Below are positions 1 through 12,319 of a stretch of 64,000 nt of DNA, in pieces. Source of the DNA: Auanema rhodensis (lineage: Eukaryota; Animalia; Nematoda); contig CAXKVF010000082.1 of NCBI GenBank assembly GCA_964057225.1, positions 1 to 64,000 of the forward strand. The letters run 5' to 3'. Position 1 is the first letter of the stretch, and every line of letters begins with the position of its first letter. The notes under the pieces were generated by a model that was not told the origin of the DNA, did not search any database, and saw nothing but the letters and a program-made list of their open reading frames with translations. Both the position numbers and the translations under genes were made by a program.

Positions 1-70
1 GTTACATACCAAGTGCACATCACGTGTACATTTAATTAGCATAAATTAAAGTTCACGTAAATTTCAAAGT

Positions 71-83
71 CATGGTTACCATG
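71..83. other. 13-bp interrupted palindrome CATGGT-T-ACCATG (in almost every monomer; TCATGGTTACCATGA in consensus copies)
   Basis: Read directly from the sequence; contains GGTNACC. Coordinates are for monomer 1. Confidence 0.9.
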
Positions 84-162
84 CACCAATATCAATAAAA
101 ATTTGTTTTTAGACTAATATGGACATGGGCAATCTAATTTTGAAAACCGCATCTCTTTATCT

Positions 163-172
163 TTCACGTGAA
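163..172. other. Perfect 10-bp palindrome TTCACGTGAA with a CACGTG (E-box/G-box) core, in most monomers
   Basis: Read directly from the sequence. A second CACGTG lies at 21-26 and a partial TCACGT at 53-58. Protein binding is not shown. Confidence 0.85.
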
Positions 173-3100
173 GCGAGTTACATACCAAGTGCACATCACG
201 TGTACATTTAATTAGCATAAATTAAAGTTCACGTAAATTCAAAGTCATGGTTACCATGAACCAATATCAATAAAAATTTGTTTTTAGACTAATATGGACA
301 TGGGGAATCTAATTTTGAAAACCGCATCTCTTTATCTTTCACGTGAAGCAAGTTACATACCAAGTGCACATCACGTGTACATTTAATTAGCATAAATTAA
401 AGTTCACGTAAATTTCAAAGTCATGGTTACCATGAACCAATATCAATAAAAATTTGTTTTTAGACTAATATGGACATGGGGAATCTAATTTTGAAAACCG
501 CATCTCTTTATCTTTCACGTGAAGCAAGTTACATACCAAGTGCACATCACGTGTACATTTAATTAGCATAAATTAAAGTTCACGTAAATTTCAAAGTCAT
601 GGTTACCATGAACCAATATCAATAAAAATTTGTTTTTAGACTAATATGGACATGGGGAATCTAATTTTGAAAACCGCATCTCTTTATCTTTCACGTGAAG
701 CGAGTTACATACCAAGTGCACATCACGTGTACATTTAATTAGCATAAATTAAAGTTCACGTAAATTTCAAAGTCATGGTTACCATGAACCAATATCAATA
801 AAAATTTGTTTTTAGACTAATATGGACATGGGGAATCTAATTTTGAAAACCGCATCTCTTTATCTTTCACGTGTAGCGAGTTACATACCAAGTGCACATC
901 ACGTGTTCATTTAATTAGCATAAATTAAAGTTCACGTAAATTTCAAAGTCATGGTTACCATGAACCAATATCAATAAAAATTTGTTTTTAGACTAATATG
1001 GACATGGGGAATCTAATTTTGAAAACCGCATCTCTTTATCTTTCACGTGAAGCAAGTTACATACCAAGTGCACATCACGTGTACATTTAATTAGCATAAA
1101 TTAAAGTTCACGTAAATTTCAAAGTCATGGTTACCATGAACCAATATCAATAAAAATTTGTTTTTAGACTAATATGGACATGGGGAATCTAATTTTGAAA
1201 ACCGCATCTCTTTATCTTTCACGTGAAGCGAGTTACATACCAAGTGCACATCACGTGTACATTTAATTAGCATAAATTAAAGTTCACGTAAATTTCAAAG
1301 TCATGGTTACCATGAACCAATATCAATAAAAATTTGTTTTTAGACTAATATGGACATGGGGAATCTAATTTTGAAAACCGCATCTCTTTATCTTTCACGT
1401 GAAGCGAGTTACATACCAAGTGCACATCACGTGTACATTTAATTAGCATAAATTAAAGTTCACGTAAATTTCAAAGTCATGGTTACCATGAACCAATATC
1501 AATAAAAATTTGTTTTTAGACTAATATGGACATGGGGAATCTAATTTTGAAAACCGCATCTCTTTATCTTTCACGTGAAGCGAGTTACATACCAAGTGCA
1601 CATCACGTGTACATTTAATTAGCATAAATTAAAGTTCACGTAAATTTCAAAGTCATGGTTACCATGAACCAATATCAATAAAAATTTGTTTTTAGACTAA
1701 TATGGACATGGGGAATCTAATTTTGAAAACCGCATCTCTTTATCTTTCACGTGTAGCGAGTTACATACCAAGTGCACATCACGTGTTCATTTAATTAGCA
1801 TAAATTAAAGTTCACGTAAATTTCAAAGTCATGGTTACCATGAACCAATATCAATAAAAATTTGTTTTTAGACTAATATGGACATGGGGAATCTAATTTT
1901 GAAAACCGCATCTCTTTATCTTTCACGTGAAGCAAGTTACATACCAAGTGCACATCACGTGTACATTTAATTAGCATAAATTAAAGTTCACGTAAATTTC
2001 AAAGTCATGGTTACCATGCACCAATATCAATAAAAATTTGTTTTTAGACTAATATGGACATGGGGAATCTAATTTTGAAAACCGCATCTCTTTATCTTTC
2101 ACGTGAAGCGAGTTACATACCAAGTGCACATCACGTGTACATTTAATTAGCATAAATTAAAGTTCACGTAAATTTCAAAGTCATGGTTACCATGAACCAA
2201 TATCAATAAAAATTTGTTTTTAGACTAATATGGACATGGGGAATCTAATTTTGAAAACCGCATCTCTTTATCTTTCACGTGAAGCGAGTTACATACCAAG
2301 TGCACATCACGTGTACATTTAATTAGCATAAATTAAAGTTCACGTAAATTTCAAAGTCATGGTTACCATGAACCAATATCAATAAAAATTTGTTTTTAGA
2401 CTAATATGGACATGGGGAATCTAATTTTGAAAACCGCATCTCTTTATCTTTCACGTGTAGCGAGTTACATACCAAGTGCACATCACGTGTTCATTTAATT
2501 AGCATAAATTAAAGTTCACGTAAATTTCAAAGTCATGGTTACCATGAACCAATATCAATAAAAATTTGTTTTTAGACTAATATGGACATGGGGAATCTAA
2601 TTTTGAAAACCGCATCTCTTCATCTTTCACGTGAAGCGAGTTACATACCAAGTGCACATCACGTGTACATTTAATTAGCATAAATTAAAGTTCACGTAAA
2701 TTTCAAAGTCATGGTTACCATGAACCAATATCAATAAAAATTTGTTTTTAGACTAATATGGACATGGGGAATCTAATTTTGAAAACCGCATCTCTTTATC
2801 TTTCACGTGAAGCGAGTTACATACCAAGTGCACATCACGTGTACATTTAATTAGCATAAATTAAAGTTCACGTAAATTTCAAAGTCATGGTTACCATGAA
2901 CCAATATCAATAAAAATTTGTTTTTAGACTAATATGGACATGGGGAATCTAATTTTGAAAACCGCATCTCTTTATCTTTCACGTGAAGCGAGTTACATAC
3001 CAAGTGCACATCACGTGTACATTTAATTAGCATAAATTAAAGTTCACGTAAATTTCAAAGTCATGGTTACCATGCACCAATATCAATAAAAATTTGTTTT

Positions 3101-6100
3101 TAGACTAATATGGACATGGGGAATCTAATTTTGAAAACCGCATCTCTTTATCTTTCACGTGAAGCGAGTCACATACCAAGTGCACATCACGTGTTCATTT
3201 AATTAGCATAAATTAAAGTTCACGTAAATTTCAAAGTCATGGTTACCATGAACCAATATCAATAAAAATTTGTTTTTAGACTAATATGGACATGGGGAAT
3301 CTAATTTTGAAAACCGCATCTCTTTATCTTTCACGTGAAGCAAGTTACATACCAAGTGCACATCACGTGTACATTTAATTAGCATAAATTAAAGTTCACG
3401 TAAATTTCAAAGTCATGGTTACCATGCACCAATATCAATAAAAATTTGTTTTTAGACTAATATGGACATGGGGAATCTAATTTTGAAAACCGCATCTCTT
3501 TATCTTTCACGTGAAGCGAGTTACATACCAAGTGCACATCACGTGTACATTTAATTAGCATAAATTAAAGTTCACGTAAATTTCAAAGTCATGGTTACCA
3601 TGAACCAATATCAATAAAAATTTGTTTTTAGACTAATATGGACATGGGGAATCTAATTTTGAAAACCGCATCTCTTTATCTTTCACGTGAAGCGAGTTAC
3701 ATACCAAGTGCACATCACGTGTTCATTTAATTAGCATAAATTAAAGTTCACGTAAATTTCAAAGTCATGGTTACCATGAACCAATATCAATAAAAATTTG
3801 TTTTTAGACTAATATGGACATGGGGAATCTAATTTTGAAAACCGCATCTCTTCATCTTTCACGTGAAGCGAGTTACATACCAAGTGCACATCACGTGTAC
3901 ATTTAATTAGCATAAATTAAAGTTCACGTAAATTTCAAAGTCATGGTTACCATGAACCAATATCAATAAAAATTTGTTTTTAGACTAATATGGACATGGG
4001 GAATCTAATTTTGAAAACCGCATCTCTTTATCTTTCACGTGAAGCGAGTTACATACCAAGTGCACATCACGTGTACATTTAATTAGCATAAATTAAAGTT
4101 CACGTAAATTTCAAAGTCATGGTTACCATGAACCAATATCAATAAAAATTTGTTTTTAGACTAATATGGACATGGGGAATCTAATTTTGAAAACCGCATC
4201 TCTTTATCTTTCACGTGAAGCGAGTTACATACCAAGTGCACATCACGTGTACATTTAATTAGCATAAATTAAAGTTCACGTAAATTTCAAAGTCATGGTT
4301 ACCATGCACCAATATCAATAAAAATTTGTTTTTAGACTAATATGGACATGGGGAATCTAATTTTGAAAACCGCATCTCTTTATCTTTCACGTGAAGCGAG
4401 TCACATACCAAGTGCACATCACGTGTACATTTAATTAGCATAAATTAAAGTTCACGTAAATTTCAAAGTCATGGTTACCATGAACCAATATCAATAAAAA
4501 TTTGTTTTTAGACTAATATGGACATGGGGAATCTAATTTTGAAAACCGCATCTCTTTATCTTTCACGTGAAGCGAGTTACATACCAAGTGCACATCACGT
4601 GTACATTTAATTAGCATAAATTAAAGTTCACGTAAATTTCAAAGTCATGGTTACCATGAACCAATATCAATAAAAATTTGTTTTTAGACTAATATGGACA
4701 TGGGGAATCTAATTTTGAAAACCGCATCTCTTTATCTTTCACGTGAAGCGAGTTACATACCAAGTGCACATCACGTGTACATTTAATTAGCATAAATTAA
4801 AGTTCACGTAAATTTCAAAGTCATGGTTACCATGCACCAATATCAATAAAAATTTGTTTTTAGACTAATATGGACATGGGGAATCTAATTTTGAAAACCG
4901 CATCTCTTTATCTTTCACGTGAAGCGAGTTACATACCAAGTGCACATCACGTGTACATTTAATTAGCATAAATTAAAGTTCACGTAAATTTCAAAGTCAT
5001 GGTTACCATGAACCAATATCAATAAAAATTTGTTTTTAGACTAATATGGACATGGGGAATCTAATTTTGAAAACCGCATCTCTTTATCTTTCACGTGAAG
5101 CGAGTTACATACCAAGTGCACATCACGTGTACATTTAATTAGCATAAATTAAAGTTCACGTAAATTTCAAAGTCATGGTTACCATGAACCAATATCAATA
5201 AAAATTTGTTTTTAGACTAATATGGACATGGGGAATCTAATTTTGAAAACCGCATCTCTTTATCTTTCACGTGAAGCGAGTTACATACCAAGTGCACATC
5301 ACGTGTACATTTAATTAGCATAAATTAAAGTTCACGTAAAATTCAAAGTCATGGTTACCATGAACCAATATCAATAAAAATTTGTTTTTAGACTAATATA
5401 GACATGGGGAATCTAATTTTGAAAATCGCATCTCTTTATCTTTCACGTGAAGCGAGTTACATACCAAGTGCACATCACGTGTACATTTAATTAGCATAAA
5501 TTAAAGTTCACGTAAATTTCAAAGTCATGGTTACCATGAACCAATATCAATAAAAATTTGTTTTTAGACTAATATGGACATGGGGAATCTAATTTTGAAA
5601 ACCGCATCTCTTTATCTTTCACGTGAAGCGAGTTACATACCAAGTGCACATCACGTGTACATTTAATTAGCATAAATTAAAGTTCACGTAAAATTCAAAG
5701 TCATGGTTACCATGAACCAATATCAATAAAAATTTGTTTTTAGACTAATATAGACATGGGGAATCTAATTTTGAAAATCGCATCTCTTTATCTTTCACGT
5801 GAAGCGAGTTACATACCAAGTGCACATCACGTGTACATTTAATTAGCATAAATTAAAGTTCACGTAAATTTCAAAGTCATGGTTACCATGAACCAATATC
5901 AATAAAAATTTGTTTTTAGACTAATATGGACATGGGGAATCTAATTTTGAAAACCGCATCTCTTTATCTTTCACGTGAAGCGAGTTACATACCAAGTGCA
6001 CATCACGTGTACATTTAATTAGCATAAATTAAAGTTCACGTAAATTTCAAAGTCATGGTTACCATGAACCAATATCAATAAAAATTTGTTTTTAGACTAA

Positions 6101-9100
6101 TATGGACATGGGGAATCTAATTTTGAAAACCGCATCTCTTTATCTTTCACGTGAAGCGAGTTACATACCAAGTGCACATCACGTGTACATTTAATTAGCA
6201 TAAATTAAAGTTCACGTAAATTTCAAAGTCATGGTTACCATGAACCAATATCAATAAAAATTTGTTTTTAGACTAATATGGACATGGGGAATCTAATTTT
6301 GAAAACCGCATCTCTTCATCTTTCACGTGAAGCGAGTTACATACCAAGTGCACATCACGTGTACATTTAATTAGCATAAATTAAAGTTCACGTAAATTTC
6401 AAAGTCATGGTTACCATGAACCAATATCAATAAAAATTTGTTTTTAGACTAATATGGACATGGGGAATCTAATTTTGAAAACCGCATCTCTTTATCTTTC
6501 ACGTGAAGCGAGTTACATACCAAGTGCAAATCACGTGTACATTTAATTAGCATAAATTAAAGTTCACGTAAATTTCAAAGTCATGGTTACCATGAACCAA
6601 TATCAATAAAAATTTGTTTTTAGACTAATATGGACATGGGGAATCTAATTTTGAAAACCGCATCTCTTTATCTTTCACGTGAAGCGAGTTACATACCAAG
6701 TGCACATCACGTGTACATTTAATTAGCATAAATTAAAGTTCACGTAAATTTCAAAGTCATGGTTACCATGAACCAATATCAATAAAAATTTGTTTTTAGA
6801 CTAATATGGACATGGGGAATCTAATTTTGAAAACCCCATCTCTTTATCTTTCACGTGAAGCGAGTTACATACCAAGTGCACATCACGTGTACATTTAATT
6901 AGCATAAATTAAAGTTCACGTAAATTTCAAAGTCATGGTTACCATGCACCAATATCAATAAAAATTTGTTTTTAGACTAATATGGACATGGGCAATCTAA
7001 TTTTGAAAACCGCATCTCTTTATCTTTCACGTGAAGCGAGTTACATACCAAGTGCACATCACGTGTACATTTAATTAGCATAAATTAAAGTTCACGTAAA
7101 ATTCAAAGTCATGGTTACCATGAACCAATATCAATAAAAATTTGTTTTTAGACTAATATGGACATGGGGAATCTAATTTTGAAAACCGCATCTCTTTATC
7201 TTTCACGTGAAGCAAGTTACATACCAAGTGCACATCACGTGTACATTTAATTAGCATAAATTAAAGTTCACGTAAATTTCAAAGTCATGGTTACCATGAA
7301 CCAATATCAATAAAAATTTGTTTTTAGACTAATATGGACATGGGGAATCTAATTTTGAAAACCGCATCTCTTTATCTTTCACGTGAAGCGAGTTACATAC
7401 CAAGTGCACATCACGTGTACATTTAATTAGCATAAATTAAAGTTCACGTAAATTTCAAAGTCATGGTTACCATGAACCAATATCAATAAAAATTTGTTTT
7501 TAGACTAATATGGACATGGGGAATCTAATTTTGAAAACCGCATCTCTTTATCTTTCACGTGAAGCGAGTTACATACCAAGTGCACATCACGTGTACATTT
7601 AATTAGCATAAATTAAAGTTCACGTAAATTTCAAAGTCATGGTTACCATGAACCAATATCAATAAAAATTTGTTTTTAGACTAATATGGACATGGGGAAT
7701 CTAATTTTGAAAACCGCATCTCTTTATCTTTCACGTGAAGCGAGTTACATACCAAGTGCACATCACGTGTACATTTAATTAGCATAAATTAAAGTTCACG
7801 TAAATTTCAAAGTCATGGTTACCATGAACCAATATCAATAAAAATTTGTTTTTAGACTAATATGGACATGGGGAATCTAATTTTGAAAACCCCATCTCTT
7901 TATCTTTCACGTGAAGCGAGTTACATACCAAGTGCACATCACGTGTACATTTAATTAGCATAAATTAAAGTTCACGTAAATTTCAAAGTCATGGTTACCA
8001 TGCACCAATATCAATAAAAATTTGTTTTTAGACTAATATGGACATGGGCAATCTAATTTTGAAAACCGCATCTCTTTATCTTTCACGTGAAGCGAGTTAC
8101 ATACCAAGTGCACATCACGTGTACATTTAATTAGCATAAATTAAAGTTCACGTAAAATTCAAAGTCATGGTTACCATGAACCAATATCAATAAAAATTTG
8201 TTTTTAGACTAATATGGACATGGGGAATCTAATTTTGAAAACCGCATCTCTTTATCTTTCACGTGAAGCAAGTTACATACCAAGTGCACATCACGTGTAC
8301 ATTTAATTAGCATAAATTAAAGTTCACGTAAATTTCAAAGTCATGGTTACCATGAACCAATATCAATAAAAATTTGTTTTTAGACTAATATGGACATGGG
8401 GAATCTAATTTTGAAAACCGCATCTCTTTATCTTTCACGTGAAGCAAGTTACATACCAAGTGCACATCACGTGTACATTTAATTAGCATAAATTAAAGTT
8501 CACGTAAATTTCAAAGTCATGGTTACCATGAACCAATATCAATAAAAATTTGTTTTTAGACTAATATGGACATGGGGAATCTAATTTTGAAAACCCCATC
8601 TCTTTATCTTTCACGTGAAGCGAGTTACATACCAAGTGCACATCACGTGTACATTTAATTAGCATAAATTAAAGTTCACGTAAATTTCAAAGTCATGGTT
8701 ACCATGCACCAATATCAATAAAAATTTGTTTTTAGACTAATATGGACATGGGCAATCTAATTTTGAAAACCGCATCTCTTTATCTTTCACGTGAAGCGAG
8801 TTACATACCAAGTGCACATCACGTGTACATTTAATTAGCATAAATTAAAGTTCACGTAAATTTCAAAGTCATGGTTACCATGAACCAATATCAATAAAAA
8901 TTTGTTTTTAGACTAATATGGACATGGGGAATCTAATTTTGAAAACCGCATCTCTTTATCTTTCACGTGAAGCAAGTTACATACCAAGTGCACATCACGT
9001 GTACATTTAATTAGCATAAATTAAAGTTCACGTAAATTTCAAAGTCATGGTTACCATGAACCAATATCAATAAAAATTTGTTTTTAGACTAATATGGACA

Positions 9101-12100
9101 TGGGGAATCTAATTTTGAAAACCGCATCTCTTTATCTTTCACGTGAAGCGAGTTACATACCAAGTGCACATCACGTGTACATTTAATTAGCATAAATTAA
9201 AGTTCACGTAAATTTCAAAGTCATGGTTACCATGAACCAATATCAATAAAAATTTGTTTTTAGACTAATATGGACATGGGGAATCTAATTTTGAAAACCG
9301 CATCTCTTTATCTTTCACGTGAAGCGAGTTACATACCAAGTGCACATCACGTGTACATTTAATTAGCATAAATTAAAGTTCACGTAAATTTCAAAGTCAT
9401 GGTTACCATGAACCAATATCAATAAAAATTTGTTTTTAGACTAATATGGACATGGGGAATCTAATTTTGAAAACCCCATCTCTTTATCTTTCACGTGAAG
9501 CGAGTTACATACCAAGTGCACATCACGTGTACATTTAATTAGCATAAATTAAAGTTCACGTAAATTTCAAAGTCATGGTTACCATGCACCAATATCAATA
9601 AAAATTTGTTTTTAGACTAATATGGACATGGGCAATCTAATTTTGAAAACCGCATCTCTTTATCTTTCACGTGAAGCGAGTTACATACCAAGTGCACATC
9701 ACGTGTACATTTAATTAGCATAAATTAAAGTTCACGTAAAATTCAAAGTCATGGTTACCATGAACCAATATCAATAAAAATTTGTTTTTAGACTAATATG
9801 GACATGGGGAATCTAATTTTGAAAACCGCATCTCTTTATCTTTCACGTGAAGCAAGTTACATACCAAGTGCACATCACGTGTACATTTAATTAGCATAAA
9901 TTAAAGTTCACGTAAATTTCAAAGTCATGGTTACCATGAACCAATATCAATAAAAATTTGTTTTTAGACTAATATGGACATGGGGAATCTAATTTTGAAA
10001 ACCGCATCTCTTTATCTTTCACGTGAAGCAAGTTACATACCAAGTGCACATCACGTGTACATTTAATTAGCATAAATTAAAGTTCACGTAAATTTCAAAG
10101 TCATGGTTACCATGAACCAATATCAATAAAAATTTGTTTTTAGACTAATATGGACATGGGGAATCTAATTTTGAAAACCCCATCTCTTTATCTTTCACGT
10201 GAAGCGAGTTACATACCAAGTGCACATCACGTGTACATTTAATTAGCATAAATTAAAGTTCACGTAAATTTCAAAGTCATGGTTACCATGCACCAATATC
10301 AATAAAAATTTGTTTTTAGACTAATATGGACATGGGCAATCTAATTTTGAAAACCGCATCTCTTTATCTTTCACGTGAAGCGAGTTACATACCAAGTGCA
10401 CATCACGTGTACATTTAATTAGCATAAATTAAAGTTCACGTAAATTTCAAAGTCATGGTTACCATGAACCAATATCAATAAAAATTTGTTTTTAGACTAA
10501 TATGGACATGGGGAATCTAATTTTGAAAACCGCATCTCTTTATCTTTCACGTGAAGAAAGTTACATACCAAGTGCACATCACGTGTACATTTAATTAGCA
10601 TAAATTAAAGTTCACGTAAATTTCAAAGTCATGGTTACCATGAACCAATATCAATAAAAATTTGTTTTTAGACTAATATGGACATGGGGAATCTAATTTT
10701 GAAAACCGCATCTCTTTATCTTTCACGTGAAGCGAGTTACATACCAAGTGCACATCACGTGTACATTTAATTAGCATAAATTAAAGTTCACGTAAATTTC
10801 AAAGTCATGGTTACCATGAACCAATATCAATAAAAATTTGTTTTTAGACTAATATGGACATGGGGAATCTAATTTTGAAAACCGCATCTCTTTATCTTTC
10901 ACGTGAAGCGAGTTACATACCAAGTGCACATCACGTGTACATTTAATTAGCATAAATTAAAGTTCACGTAAATTTCAAAGTCATGGTTACCATGAACCAA
11001 TATCAATAAAAATTTGTTTTTAGACTAATATGGACATGGGGAATCTAATTTTGAAAACCGCATCTCTTTATCTTTCACGTGAAGCGAGTTACATACCAAG
11101 TGCACATCACGTGTACATTTAATTAGCATAAATTAAAGTTCACGTAAATTTCAAAGTCATGGTTACCATGCACCAATATCAATAAAAATTTGTTTTTAGA
11201 CTAATATGGACATGGGCAATCTAATTTTGAAAACCGCATCTCTTTATCTTTCACGTGAAGCGAGTTACATACCAAGTGCACATCACGTGTACATTTAATT
11301 AGCATAAATTAAAGTTCACGTAAATTTCAAAGTCATGGTTACCATGAACCAATATCAATAAAAATTTGTTTTTAGACTAATATGGACATGGGGAATCTAA
11401 TTTTGAAAACCGCATCTCTTTATCTTTCACGTGAAGAAAGTTACATACCAAGTGCACATCACGTGTACATTTAATTAGCATAAATTAAAGTTCACGTAAA
11501 TTTCAAAGTCATGGTTACCATGAACCAATATCAATAAAAATTTGTTTTTAGACTAATATGGACATGGGGAATCTAATTTTGAAAACCGCATCTCTTTATC
11601 TTTCACGTGAAGCGAGTTACATACCAAGTGCACATCACGTGTACATTTAATTAGCATAAATTAAAGTTCACGTAAATTTCAAAGTCATGGTTACCATGAA
11701 CCAATATCAATAAAAATTTGTTTTTAGACTAATATGGACATGGGGAATCTAATTTTGAAAACCGCATCTCTTTATCTTTCACGTGAAGCGAGTTACATAC
11801 CAAGTGCACATCACGTGTACATTTAATTAGCATAAATTAAAGTTCACGTAAATTTCAAAGTCATGGTTACCATGAACCAATATCAATAAAAATTTGTTTT
11901 TAGACTAATATGGACATGGGGAATCTAATTTTGAAAACCGCATCTCTTTATCTTTCACGTGAAGCGAGTTACATACCAAGTGCACATCACGTGTACATTT
12001 AATTAGCATAAATTAAAGTTCACGTAAATTTCAAAGTCATGGTTACCATGAACCAATATCAATAAAAATTTGTTTTTAGACTAATATGGACATGGGGAAT

Positions 12101-12319
12101 CTAATTTTGAAAACCGCATCTCTTTATCTTTCACGTGTAGCGAGTTACATACCAAGTGCACATCACGTGTTCATTTAATTAGCATAAATTAAAGTTCACG
12201 TAAATTTCAAAGTCATGGTTACCATGAACCAATATCAATAAAAATTTGTTTTTAGACTAATATGGACATGGGGAATCTAATTTTGAAAACCGCATCTCTT
12301 CATCTTTCACGTGAAGCGA

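Noticed and set aside
94-99. AATAAA polyadenylation signal in each monomer
   Set aside because: Expected by chance in 68% AT sequence, and there is no gene context.
19-125. Budding-yeast point centromere (CDEI ATCACGTG, then ~77 bp, then TGTTTTT resembling the start of CDEIII)
   Set aside because: The essential CDEIII CCGAA core is absent, the intervening DNA is well below the >90% AT of CDEII, and point centromeres are not tandemly arrayed.
1-176. Assignment to a known satellite (Brassica CentBr, Arabidopsis CEN178, primate alpha) or to tandem 5S/tRNA/snRNA genes
   Set aside because: Only the length is similar. I recognise no sequence similarity, Pol III boxes or cloverleaf; a database search is needed.
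235-240. 1-bp deletion in monomer 2 (GTAAATTC) as a real length variant
   Set aside because: It is a singleton in a homopolymer context where the equivalent cassette elsewhere reads GTAAAATTC (A62). It could be a consensus error and cannot be judged without reads.
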